The translations under genes and the position numbers were made by a program. This document shows positions 1 to 8,856 of a stretch of 56,876 bases of DNA, one piece after another (the stretch's first letter is position 1; every line of letters starts with the position of its first letter). The stretch spans positions 1-56,876 of the forward strand of contig DASSXV010000076.1 of the NCBI GenBank assembly GCA_035703635.1. Direction: 5' to 3'. The notes below the pieces were generated by a model that was given only the letters and a program-made list of their open reading frames with translations, had not been told where the DNA came from and ran no database searches. This DNA is from Trueperaceae bacterium. GTDB taxonomy: Bacteria; Deinococcota; Deinococci; Deinococcales; Trueperaceae.

Positions 1-28
1 GGAAAGTGGCAGTGGCTGGCACCCAATT

Positions 29-92
29 GTCCGCAAGAGTGATATCCATAAGTCCGCAAAAGTGATATCGACAAGTCCGCAAAAGTGATATC
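29..92 (+). repeat. Three 18-bp direct repeats GTCCGCAA(G/A)AGTGATATC with a 23-bp period, probable operator array
   Basis: Copies at 29-46, 52-69 and 75-92 with one mismatch in total; the third overlaps the -10-like TATCGT (89-94) 6 nt before GTG 101. Confidence 0.9.
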
Positions 93-100
93 GTGGCTTC

Positions 101-1381
101 GTGCCCGGCTATCTACCGCGGATTGTTGACAACACAATAAAGGCCTCATTGGAAACGTTCGGCGCCGTTCTACTCCAAGGTCCCCGCGCGGCTGGCAAGA
201 CTACGAGCGGGCTTCAGGCAGCAGCTAGCTCGGTTCGCCTCGACGCCTCACCCGACTTAGTGACTTTAGCTACAATCTCGCCGGAGACGGTGCTAGCTGG
301 GGCCGTCCCCCGGCTGATCGATGAGTGGCAGCTCGCGCCTACCGTCTGGAACGCCGTTCGCCACGAAGTTGACCGAAGGGGCGCTCCGGGCCAGTTCATC
401 CTCACGGGCTCTGCTACCCCTGCGGACGACCTTACACTTCACAGCGGCGCAGGTCGGTATCAAAGCGTGACTATCCGACCCATGACGCTCTCGGAGAGCG
501 GTAACAGCACGGGATCCGTGGCCTTGACCGAACTCCTGAAGGGGAACTCCGTAGCTGGGTTAGGTGGGCCAACCGTTCAGGACTACGCTGAACTCATCGT
601 CCGTGGCGGCTGGCCCGCCCTCGTGCGCGACGGCGGTAGATCCGCTAGCGACTATCTCACCAGCTATCTCGAGGACGTGGCGCGCGTCGATCTACCCGCA
701 AGCGACTTGACGGTGGACCCCGTTAGGATGCTGGCTCTGATCCGGGCCTTGGCGCGGAACGTTGCTTCCGAAGCGTCGGCAACTTCACTTGGCAAAGAAG
801 CGGAAATTGGCCAAGGCAGCGAGCCGCCTCAGACGGTGTCCGCTCAGAGCGTCCGCAAGTACCTGGACGCATTGAGCCGGGTCTTCGTCATCGAGGAGCA
901 GCCGGCATGGGCGGTCCACTTGCGCTCGAAAGTACGCGTGAGGGTGCAGCCGAAATGGCACTTCACTGACCCGTCGCTCGCCGCCGCGGCGCTTCGGGCC
1001 AGCCCGGCCAGCCTCCTGACCGACCTCAACACACTTGGATCGCTGTTCGAATCGTTGTGCGTGAGGGACTTGCGAGTTTTCGCCGACGCAATCGGCGGCA
1101 AGGTCTACCACTACCGCGACGAATCGGGCCTAGAGGTGGACATCATCCTAGATCTAGGTGACGGCAGCTGGTCGGCGTTCGAGGTAAAACTAGGCGGCGC
1201 CGAGCACATAGACTCCGCGGCCGCCAACCTCAAGAAGCTGCGCGAGAAGGTCTCACGACAGCGTGTCGATCAACTGCGGTCACTTAACATCATTACCGCA
1301 GGCAATCTCAGCTTCACGCGCGCCGACGGCGTGAACGTAGTGGCACTTGGTCACCTTGGCTTAGCAAGCTCAGCGCCGTAA
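101..1381 (+). CDS. AAA_14 / DUF4143 ATP-binding protein
   Basis: N-terminal YLPRIVD, Walker A GPRAAGKTT, Walker B LIDEWQ, FILTGSA, C-terminal EVDIIL..AFEVK (PD-(D/E)xK-like). Confidence 0.9.
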   Translation: MPGYLPRIVDNTIKASLETFGAVLLQGPRAAGKTTSGLQAAASSVRLDASPDLVTLATISPETVLAGAVPRLIDEWQLAPTVWNAVRHEVDRRGAPGQFILTGSATPADDLTLHSGAGRYQSVTIRPMTLSESGNSTGSVALTELLKGNSVAGLGGPTVQDYAELIVRGGWPALVRDGGRSASDYLTSYLEDVARVDLPASDLTVDPVRMLALIRALARNVASEASATSLGKEAEIGQGSEPPQTVSAQSVRKYLDALSRVFVIEEQPAWAVHLRSKVRVRVQPKWHFTDPSLAAAALRASPASLLTDLNTLGSLFESLCVRDLRVFADAIGGKVYHYRDESGLEVDIILDLGDGSWSAFEVKLGGAEHIDSAAANLKKLREKVSRQRVDQLRSLNIITAGNLSFTRADGVNVVALGHLGLASSAP

Positions 1382-1394
1382 CCAGCTCTCCCAA

Positions 1395-2177
1395 CTAATC
1401 CGCGCCATGAGCCTCAGCGTTCGCGACGATCGCCGCGGACACGTATGCCGCCAATCCTGTCGCGCGCTTCTCGTAGTAGGCCGTGAAGCGCGGGTCGGCC
1501 ACGTACATCTCACCCAAGCCCTTGTGGATCTCGTAGCTGCAGTCGTAGTAGTAGCGCGAGATCAGTTGTCCATGCGCCTCGGCCTGCTCCAGAGCGCGCG
1601 GGTCCGTTGCCGGCACGCCAGCCGCCATGAGTTCGGCGAACTTGGCTTCGATGGCGGCAGTTTCCGCGCTGATGCGTAACCAGTCGTCCTTGCCGTAGCT
1701 CCGCGTGCGCCGTTGGCTCTCGCTGTATGCACTCGTGTTACCCCAGCGCTCTTCGGCCTCCTGCGCGTGCTTGGTTGGATCTTCGTTGCCGAAGACCTCG
1801 AGCAGCTCCTTAGGGTTCAGGTTGATTCCCATGGTCTTTGTCTCCATCTGCTTGCGTAGCGAGCGGCGGACGGCGAGCAGGCGTTCGATGCGGGCGTTGA
1901 TGACCGCCTCCTGGCGCCTCAGGTGCTCGCGGGCGTCGCTCTCGGGGTGAGCGAGGAGCTCCGCGATGGCGTCCAGCTCGAAGCCGAGTTCGCGGTACGC
2001 CAGCACGTCGTGCAGGCGTTCAAGGTCGGCTGCGCCGTAAAGGCGGTAACCGGCGTCGGTGCGCGCGCTTGGCGAGAGCAGGCCGATGGCGTCGTAGTGG
2101 TGCAGCGTCCGGACGCTGACGTTCGCCAGCCGGGCCACCTCGCCGATCGTGTAGGACTCGCTTGCTGTAGTAGTCAT
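1395..2177 (-). CDS. tipA: MerR-family regulator with TipAS antibiotic-recognition domain (TipA/Mta-like)
   Basis: MerR HTH YTIGEVARLANVSVRTLHHYDAIGLL; C-terminal MGINL..EVFG..ERWGNT..YDC.Y..H..LGEMYV.D.RF as in Streptomyces TipAS. Confidence 0.9.
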   Translation of the reverse strand: MTTTASESYTIGEVARLANVSVRTLHHYDAIGLLSPSARTDAGYRLYGAADLERLHDVLAYRELGFELDAIAELLAHPESDAREHLRRQEAVINARIERLLAVRRSLRKQMETKTMGINLNPKELLEVFGNEDPTKHAQEAEERWGNTSAYSESQRRTRSYGKDDWLRISAETAAIEAKFAELMAAGVPATDPRALEQAEAHGQLISRYYYDCSYEIHKGLGEMYVADPRFTAYYEKRATGLAAYVSAAIVANAEAHGAD

Positions 2178-2202
2178 GAGGTGCTCCTCCCTCCCAAACA
2201 GC

Positions 2203-2233
2203 AGGCTAAAGCCTAACGTTACGTCAGGGTCAA
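2203..2233 (-). promoter_or_regulatory. MerR-type autoregulatory promoter TTGACC-N19-TAGCCT with dyad operator
   Basis: Minus strand -35 TTGACC (2233-2228), 19-nt spacer, -10 TAGCCT (2208-2203); dyad CCTAACGT-T-ACGTCAGG (2212-2228, 7/8 match) resembles tipA/mta operators. Confidence 0.85.
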
Positions 2234-2280
2234 GCCCTCACCCAACACCGCTGACTGCGCGGCACGTTACTCTTGGGGCA

Positions 2281-3144
2281 ATGGCATCCGACCACGCTAC
2301 GGACCTGGGCCCACTCGACCTAGCGCCGCTTGACCTCGAGCGGTTGCGGGAGGGCATCGTCGCCCTCGCCGACGCGGCTGGCGCGGCTATCCTCAAGATC
2401 TACGCCACCGATTTCGCCGTCACAAAGAAGGCGGACGCCTCCCCCGTTACGGCGGCCGACGTAGCCTCGCAACGAGTGATCATCGAAGGCCTCGCCCGCC
2501 TCACGCCGAGTGTGCCGGTGATCGCGGAGGAAACGCAAGCGCCCAGCTTCGCGGAGCGCCGCGGTTGGCGGCGCTTCTGGCTCGTCGATCCGCTCGACGG
2601 CACCAAGGAGTTCGTCAAGCGCAACGGCGAGTTCAGCGTGAACATCGCCTTGGTCGAGGACGGAGTGCCGGTCTTGGGCGTCGTGCACGCGCCAGTGGCT
2701 GGCATCACTTACACGGGTGTGGCGGCCCACGCGGGACACGCCGCCAGCGCCTGGCGCTTCGACGCGGAAGGCGGCGCCCACCCCATCCACACGCGCCCAC
2801 CCGAGAACGGCGTGGTGCGCGTGATGGTCAGCCGCTCGCACTCCAACGAAGCCACGCAAGCCTTCATCGAGAAGCTTAGGCAGGAGTATGGCGCCGTCGA
2901 GACCATCGCCCGCGGCTCCGCCATCAAGAGCTGCTTGGTAGCGGACGGTACCGCACACTTCTACCCGCGGCTCGGGCCGACGATGTGGTGGGACACTGCA
3001 GCGGCGCAGGCGGTATTGATGGCGGCTGGGGGGGAGATGGTCGTAACCGGTGAAAGCGGGGGTGCTTTACGGTATGACCGTGACGTACTGTCTAACCCGA
3101 GCTTCGTCGCGCTGTTCTCTCTCGCGGCGACGTTCCCGTCATAG
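2281..3144 (+). CDS. cysQ: 3'(2'),5'-bisphosphate nucleotidase CysQ
   Basis: K.DASPVT.AD, WLVDPLDGTKEF, SRSH, YPRLGPTMWWDTAAAQAV; start moved to ATG 2281 (TACTCT 7 nt upstream). Confidence 0.92.
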   Translation: MASDHATDLGPLDLAPLDLERLREGIVALADAAGAAILKIYATDFAVTKKADASPVTAADVASQRVIIEGLARLTPSVPVIAEETQAPSFAERRGWRRFWLVDPLDGTKEFVKRNGEFSVNIALVEDGVPVLGVVHAPVAGITYTGVAAHAGHAASAWRFDAEGGAHPIHTRPPENGVVRVMVSRSHSNEATQAFIEKLRQEYGAVETIARGSAIKSCLVADGTAHFYPRLGPTMWWDTAAAQAVLMAAGGEMVVTGESGGALRYDRDVLSNPSFVALFSLAATFPS

Positions 3145-3221
3145 CCGCTGCCTGCGGTCAGTGAGGTCACGGTCGCGGGCGGCAAGAGTTGCCAAGCGAA
3201 GGCCACGGTTGAGGCCCGGAA

Positions 3222-4694
3222 TTGAAGCAGCTGCGTTCGAGTCTTAGTCGCTTGCTCCCGACGTCTAGACTCGGGCGCTCGGTCGGTGTGCTTGCTTCCG
3301 GGACAGCGTTAGGTCAACTGCTTGTCGTGGTCTCGTCCCCGATCCTGACGCGCATTTATGCGCCAGCTGACCTTGGGGCCCTCGCGGTTTATGCATCCAT
3401 ACTTGGACTGTTCTCGGTGGTTGCTTCACTTAGGTATGAACAGGCGATAGCCCTCCCCGAAGATTCGGCCGAGGCGACCAACACAGTTGTATTGGCGCTC
3501 GTAGGCCTAGTCACGACCACGGTGTTTCTACTTCTTTGCGCTTTCTTGGTGATCCCGAGACTTCCGTTACCGGGGCCTTGGGAGGTAACTCGCCCACTTC
3601 TTTGGTTGCTACCGATCAGCGTGTTCGCCGTCGGCCTCTATCAGCTCTTGAGCGTGTGGGCGATCCGAACCAAAGAGTTCGCTGTCCTTGCCGGAACCGC
3701 TTGGCGTCAAGGGCTTGCAGGAGCAGCTACCCAGATACTTCTTGGCCTGCTAGGCCTAGGTGCTACAGGACTGATCGTGGGGCAAGTCGTCGGTCAGAGC
3801 TCCGGCGCGTTCTCGCTGGCTCGTTTGCTGAGAGGCTCACACGGGTTCGTCGCCTCTGACATAGCGCGCCAGTCGGTCTGGGAAGCGGCTAAGCGGTACC
3901 GGCGGTTCCCGCTCTACTCGACGTGGTCTGGCCTGCTCTTGGTGGCTAGCATGAGCGTGCCGGTGGCCATAATTGCCGTCTTCTTCGGTCCGGCCGCCAC
4001 CGGCTTCTACTCTCTGGGCCTACGCGCCCTACAAACACCCATGCGCACACTCGGCAACGCCGTAAGTCAGGTCTTTCTCGCGGAGTCCCCGAAGGCGGCC
4101 CGCGAAGGTCGACTCGGGGAGCTAGTGCTTCCCGCGCTGGCTCGGCTATCGGCTCTAGTCTCACCCATCGCAGTGGTACTAACTCTCTCTTGTGCGCCCT
4201 TGGCTCAGCTGGTCTTCGGCCAAGGTTGGCGCGAAGCTGGCGTCTACATGCAGTGGCTCACTCCTTGGGTGTTCTTGACGATGATCACATCGCCGCTGGC
4301 GCCGCTATTCACTACGCTCGAGCGCCAGGAAGTCGGGCTCTTGTTCAACGCATTATCCTTGGTTGTTCGCTCGGCGGCCTTGATCGCGGGCAACTACTTT
4401 GGTGGGGCAGAGCTGGCAATTGCGTTGTTCGGCGTATCAAGTTTTCTAGTGCAATGGTGGCTACTGGAATGGTTGAGTTCAGCCGCTGGTGTAGCCCGGG
4501 GAGAGGTTAGGCGAGTGGTGGGCGGCAGCATCATGCGCGCCTTGCCTCTTGCGCTACCGTTGATCGCGCTCAGGGCTGTAACGCCAACGCGGTTGAGCGA
4601 CGTACTCTCCATCTGCTACGCCGCGATAGTCTTGGCGTACTTCGGGTTCAAGGCCGTCGCCATGCGGCGGCAGCACCGAGCGCATCCTTCCTAA
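3222..4694 (+). CDS. wzx: Wzx-type polysaccharide flippase
   Basis: Many TM segments; SPILTRIY.P.D.G, SLRYEQAI.LP and KRYRRFPLYS motifs; first gene of the glycan cluster. Confidence 0.85.
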   Translation: MKQLRSSLSRLLPTSRLGRSVGVLASGTALGQLLVVVSSPILTRIYAPADLGALAVYASILGLFSVVASLRYEQAIALPEDSAEATNTVVLALVGLVTTTVFLLLCAFLVIPRLPLPGPWEVTRPLLWLLPISVFAVGLYQLLSVWAIRTKEFAVLAGTAWRQGLAGAATQILLGLLGLGATGLIVGQVVGQSSGAFSLARLLRGSHGFVASDIARQSVWEAAKRYRRFPLYSTWSGLLLVASMSVPVAIIAVFFGPAATGFYSLGLRALQTPMRTLGNAVSQVFLAESPKAAREGRLGELVLPALARLSALVSPIAVVLTLSCAPLAQLVFGQGWREAGVYMQWLTPWVFLTMITSPLAPLFTTLERQEVGLLFNALSLVVRSAALIAGNYFGGAELAIALFGVSSFLVQWWLLEWLSSAAGVARGEVRRVVGGSIMRALPLALPLIALRAVTPTRLSDVLSICYAAIVLAYFGFKAVAMRRQHRAHPS

Positions 4695-4753
4695 CCTCAA
4701 CAGCTTGACTCTAGTGGTCCGAAACGCCCAAAGGTTAGGAGTAAACTTTACCG

Positions 4754-6109
4754 ATGACCGCCCCCATCGGAGCTTTGCCGAATGCACCGCTATTCACGAA
4801 GGTGTCTGTTGCTGGCAATAGACTGAGCGCAAAGGTGAATCCAGCACTCTATGGGCGGTACGTTCGGGACGAGTTCTTCGCCGAATACTCTCCAGAGTTC
4901 GACCTCGCGCTGCTACCACCAAGCGTTCAGATAGTCCCTGCCCTATTCAATATCGCACCGGTTGCTTGGTTGTCTGGGATGACCTTCGAGGTTCCCGAGC
5001 TAGACGACGCCGTCTCTGAAACGCTTATCCGCACCAAAGCGGCGCTGGAAAGCATGTATCCACACCTGGATTGGTCCGGCCAGATAAACCCACTGCGACG
5101 TTCCCCGCCAGGCCCCCTTGGCGGTCCAGGCCACGATGAAGGCACGCCGACGAGGCTAGCGCTCTTCAGCGGGGGACTTGACTCAGTATGCACCTCACTG
5201 CGGCACCAGAAGCACAAACAGTTGTTGGTTTCGGTATGGGGCGCCGACGTTGCATTAAGCGATGAGCATAAGTGGCGCAACGTAGCTGGTTGGACGCGGG
5301 ACTACGCCGCCCGTTTTGGCCATGACACGGCCTTCGTACGCTCCAATCTGCGCAGCTTCCTGAACGAAGACTACTTGAACAATTTCAGCGACGACATTAC
5401 CAATTGGTGGGGGGGAGTTCAGCACGGCCTCGGGCTTACAGGGCTTACTGCCCCGCTTGCCACCAGTCAAGGAGTTGCCGAGGTCCTGATCGCTTCCTCC
5501 CACTCCACGGCCTTTCACGCACCATGGGGGTCGCACCCGACGATCGACAACCACATCGGTTGGCAACAGACTCGAGTCGCTCACGACGGGTTCGAACTGA
5601 CGCGCATGGGGAAACTGGCCTTCTGCCGCGACTATTTCCGCAACACGAACAGTGCGCCCGCCCTCATCCGCGTTTGCTACGCCGCCAGCAGCAATGACGG
5701 CGAGAACTGCTGCAAGTGCGAGAAGTGTCTGCGCACTATGGCGGCACTGATCGTCCTGGACGAAGACCCCTGCCGCTGGGGTTTCAAGGCGCCCATCGAC
5801 GAGGCGATGCAACGCATCAGGAACGGCTTCTTGAATCACGAGTTCAAATTGGGCGCGAACGGTGTCTACATGTGGGAAGACATCCAAACTTGGGCCCACG
5901 AAGCCCAGTCACGAATGGATGCCTCGCGCATTGAAACGTCCACCCGGCTGGAGCTCATCGACTGGTTCGCGCAGACCGACTTCAGTTCCTGGTTGGACCA
6001 AGAGTTAAGACCCAACTCAGGGTTCTCGCGAGTCAAACGCTTTGCGAAGGTAAGGTTCCCGCGCATCACTAGCCTCTTGAGGCGGCTCATGAGGGGCGCG
6101 GCAACCTAG
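4754..6109 (+). CDS. Uncharacterised PP-loop (adenine nucleotide alpha-hydrolase/QueC-like) protein in glycan locus
   Basis: LFSGGLDS PP-loop, PWGSHP.ID, HDG....R..K, RVC...NCCKCEKCLRT Cys cluster. Confidence 0.75.
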   Translation: MTAPIGALPNAPLFTKVSVAGNRLSAKVNPALYGRYVRDEFFAEYSPEFDLALLPPSVQIVPALFNIAPVAWLSGMTFEVPELDDAVSETLIRTKAALESMYPHLDWSGQINPLRRSPPGPLGGPGHDEGTPTRLALFSGGLDSVCTSLRHQKHKQLLVSVWGADVALSDEHKWRNVAGWTRDYAARFGHDTAFVRSNLRSFLNEDYLNNFSDDITNWWGGVQHGLGLTGLTAPLATSQGVAEVLIASSHSTAFHAPWGSHPTIDNHIGWQQTRVAHDGFELTRMGKLAFCRDYFRNTNSAPALIRVCYAASSNDGENCCKCEKCLRTMAALIVLDEDPCRWGFKAPIDEAMQRIRNGFLNHEFKLGANGVYMWEDIQTWAHEAQSRMDASRIETSTRLELIDWFAQTDFSSWLDQELRPNSGFSRVKRFAKVRFPRITSLLRRLMRGAAT

Positions 6110-6134
6110 AAGGCCTGCGGGGTAGAATCCGCGG

Positions 6135-7595
6135 ATGGTATGGGCCGCTAGGATCGCCACGGACTCGATCCGCCGCCCCCGGGCGAGCTTCGGGATGAGT
6201 GACCGGCGAGGGGCTCGCGCTGGTGAACCCAGTTCAATCGCAGACGAAGGGCAACCCGAGCACTCACCTGGGGTCAGGAAAGTGCTGCTTGTCAACGGGT
6301 GGTCGGACGATAACAAGGGCGATGCCGCCATCGTCCAAGGTTTCCAAGTCCTGATGGGTGGGGCCGCCAAGCGCCGCGGATTTGAACTCAACCTGGGAAT
6401 CGTCTCGAACTTCTCTAAGGAATCCGAGGATTTTGGTTATCACTACCGGCATTCGAAGCGAATGTTCAAAGGTGGGATCTTCGGAGCGGTGATACCAACG
6501 AACCTGCGGACGGCAAGCGGCGGCGCTTTGGGCAAGTCGCTCCGGCGCTCGGCCCAGCTTCTAACTTCGCTTGTTGCGCTGGCCGTGCCACGCAGCAGCA
6601 TGATTCAGGGGTGGCTGTCGCCTTTCCAAGCAGAAACGCTGGAGCAGTTCCGCCAGGCGTCGATGGTCGTCAGCAAAGGCGGGCACATCTACGCCACCAC
6701 TGGTTCGCCACTCTCGCTTGTCGGCCTTTACTCCAACCTCTACCCGCTGCTCTTGGCCCAACGCCTGGGGATCCCAACGGGCATCTATGCACAATCGGTC
6801 GGGCCAGTAATCGGAGGGCCGCATCGGCGTCTTCTCGCTTCTGCCCTAGCGCGCTGCAAGTTCGTCTACGTGAGAGAAGAGCCGTCGCTAGACTATGTTC
6901 GCGCTCTGTTACCCGGCAACTCGAGCACGAAGCCGGAACTCGTTTGGGACACTGCATTCGCCGTGGGCGAGGAACCGCTACCACCAGGGGTGATTTCACT
7001 CCTTCCTTCGGAGTTCGTCGCGGTAACCGTAAGGCAATGGCGTTTTCCTTATTCACCCTCGCAGGATCGTGACGCGCTCTACGCCCGTTACCTAGAGGCG
7101 TTGGCAACCGTGATCAGGCGACTGGTCACCGACTTGGGGGTTCCTGTCGTTGTCGTGCCCCAAGTCATCGGACCAACTGAACTGGAGAACGACCTACTAG
7201 CTGGTGAGCAGCTAGCTAAGGTCCTTGCAGGACTTGAAGGCGTTCAGTTCTTGACCACTGACTTCACAGCTGGTCAGCTACGGCAGCTATACTCGCGGGC
7301 CTCGATGCTCATCGGCACCCGCTTCCACTCCGTGATTCTAGCGTTGGCGAGCCTGACTCCCGCGATTGCGATCTCGTATCACGGCTTCAAGACCCAAGGC
7401 ATCATGAGAATGCTCGACCTGTCCGATCATGTGCTTGACATCGGTGAACTTTCGCCTGACGAGCTCTGGAGCCGCGTGAAGTCCGCGTATGAGGCGCGAG
7501 GCGAGTATCGCGCGACGCTTGAAACCCAAATGCCAGCCGTGATGCGAGCAGCGGCGGCGGAAGCTGACCGTGCGATCACCAGCTTGGCGAGCTAA
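6135..7595 (+). CDS. Polysaccharide pyruvyl transferase (WcaK/AmsJ family)
   Basis: NKGDAAI, GG.IY, AQSVGP, VYVRE..S, DTAF, IGTRFHSVILAL, ISY..KT.GIM; TAGAAT 6 nt before ATG 6135. Confidence 0.88.
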   Translation: MVWAARIATDSIRRPRASFGMSDRRGARAGEPSSIADEGQPEHSPGVRKVLLVNGWSDDNKGDAAIVQGFQVLMGGAAKRRGFELNLGIVSNFSKESEDFGYHYRHSKRMFKGGIFGAVIPTNLRTASGGALGKSLRRSAQLLTSLVALAVPRSSMIQGWLSPFQAETLEQFRQASMVVSKGGHIYATTGSPLSLVGLYSNLYPLLLAQRLGIPTGIYAQSVGPVIGGPHRRLLASALARCKFVYVREEPSLDYVRALLPGNSSTKPELVWDTAFAVGEEPLPPGVISLLPSEFVAVTVRQWRFPYSPSQDRDALYARYLEALATVIRRLVTDLGVPVVVVPQVIGPTELENDLLAGEQLAKVLAGLEGVQFLTTDFTAGQLRQLYSRASMLIGTRFHSVILALASLTPAIAISYHGFKTQGIMRMLDLSDHVLDIGELSPDELWSRVKSAYEARGEYRATLETQMPAVMRAAAAEADRAITSLAS

Positions 7596-7614
7596 CGGAA
7601 ACCGGGTCAAGGCG

Positions 7615-8856
7615 TTGACCGTTCGGTTTGGCACGCCGAAACTGGCCGATGTCGCGCTCTTGCTCCTACTTGCCTCGCTCGTCGCACCATACATACACCT
7701 CACACCTACGACAACGATACGCATCGAGATGCTTTGGTTGCCAGTGCTACTCGTGGTGGCCTTACCCCGAATCAAGGTTCCGCGCGTTGCGTGGTTGTTA
7801 GCCGGGTACTGGCTTTGGATCGCGATCGTCACTTGTATCTCATTAGCGCGCGGGGTCGAGGGAGGGCTACATTATGCATCTGCCCTCGGTTACGCACGAA
7901 CTGTCGCGATAACCGTGCTCTTTTACAGCCTCGGGGTACGGCCTGCCCAGTTGCTAAGCGCGCTCAGGTGGTTCGTCTATCTCGGAATCCCGATGGGCCT
8001 GCTGGGTGTCGCGCAAGCCATCAACTTAGGTCCCATCGTGAGTCTCACGTTGGCTGCATACTCCGGGGCGAACCGGGGCGCGCTCGCTAGTCAAATCGCC
8101 ACTTTCGGTCGACTTTCAAGGGCTACGGGGTCATTTGAGGCGCCCTCGTTCGCCGCTGTGTATTTTCTCCTCGTCGTCGGCACCGGGCTGTGGCTGCTCA
8201 CCGGGCAGGCGCAACGCCTTAGCCACCGCGTGCGGACCCTACTGATCGCTGGTGTCGTCAGTTCACTCATCGGCGGGGTGATGACGCTTTCGAGCACCTC
8301 CATCGCTGGCCTTGCCGCGCTGGTCTTGGTTCTGTTGGCAGTCGGCCCATGGAGCGCGAGGATTCGGCTCGTAGCTACCGGAACCGTCGCCGCCGCACTC
8401 GCATTACCCCTATTCGCGTTCTCGGTAAGCAAGAGCCCAGTGGCGGCCGGATCGCTCAATTACCAGCTGGCGCGGTTGGGCAACCTGAACGTCTTCGCAA
8501 CCCGCTTTGGCGACCAGGGCCTCCTGGTACCGACCATCGAGGCCGTACGCCGCATGCCGTTGACTGGTTGGGGCTTCATCAGTCAGCCGGGTATTTTCCT
8601 CGGCGATTCAGCGTATGTCGTGTGGCTTTACATGGGTGGAGCGGTCGGCTTGCTATTCATTCTCGGTATCTTGGTGCTTTGCGCTTACCAGGTAAGGTCG
8701 CTCGGGCCCCTAGGGACCATCGTGCTCGTCTGGCTCGTGGTGCTGCTCGCTTCAGGCTTCGGGAGCCCCAGCTTCTCGATCCCGCGCATCGGCGACTGGT
8801 GGTGGGCACTTGCCGCGATGACCGCAGCTGGGGCGAAGCACTGGAGGACCCAGTGA
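7615..8856 (+). CDS. Wzy-like polymerase / O-antigen ligase family membrane protein
   Basis: Highly hydrophobic; RATGSFEAPS loop, TLSSTS, PLTGWG..DSAY; start uncertain (TTG 7615; ORF open from 7570). Confidence 0.7.
   Translation: MTVRFGTPKLADVALLLLLASLVAPYIHLTPTTTIRIEMLWLPVLLVVALPRIKVPRVAWLLAGYWLWIAIVTCISLARGVEGGLHYASALGYARTVAITVLFYSLGVRPAQLLSALRWFVYLGIPMGLLGVAQAINLGPIVSLTLAAYSGANRGALASQIATFGRLSRATGSFEAPSFAAVYFLLVVGTGLWLLTGQAQRLSHRVRTLLIAGVVSSLIGGVMTLSSTSIAGLAALVLVLLAVGPWSARIRLVATGTVAAALALPLFAFSVSKSPVAAGSLNYQLARLGNLNVFATRFGDQGLLVPTIEAVRRMPLTGWGFISQPGIFLGDSAYVVWLYMGGAVGLLFILGILVLCAYQVRSLGPLGTIVLVWLVVLLASGFGSPSFSIPRIGDWWWALAAMTAAGAKHWRTQ

Noticed and set aside
29-92. Direct repeats as a mini CRISPR array
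   Set aside because: Linkers are only 5 nt and no cas genes are in the window; phasing over a promoter fits an operator
8349-8852. Long N-terminal extensions in the ORF track (also starts 2176, 12072, 17777, 20251, 20993, 23884, 24218, 36091, 41090, 43479, 44089)
   Set aside because: They overlap neighbouring genes or regulatory DNA and lack family motifs; downstream starts have SD, leaderless -10 or stop-start coupling support
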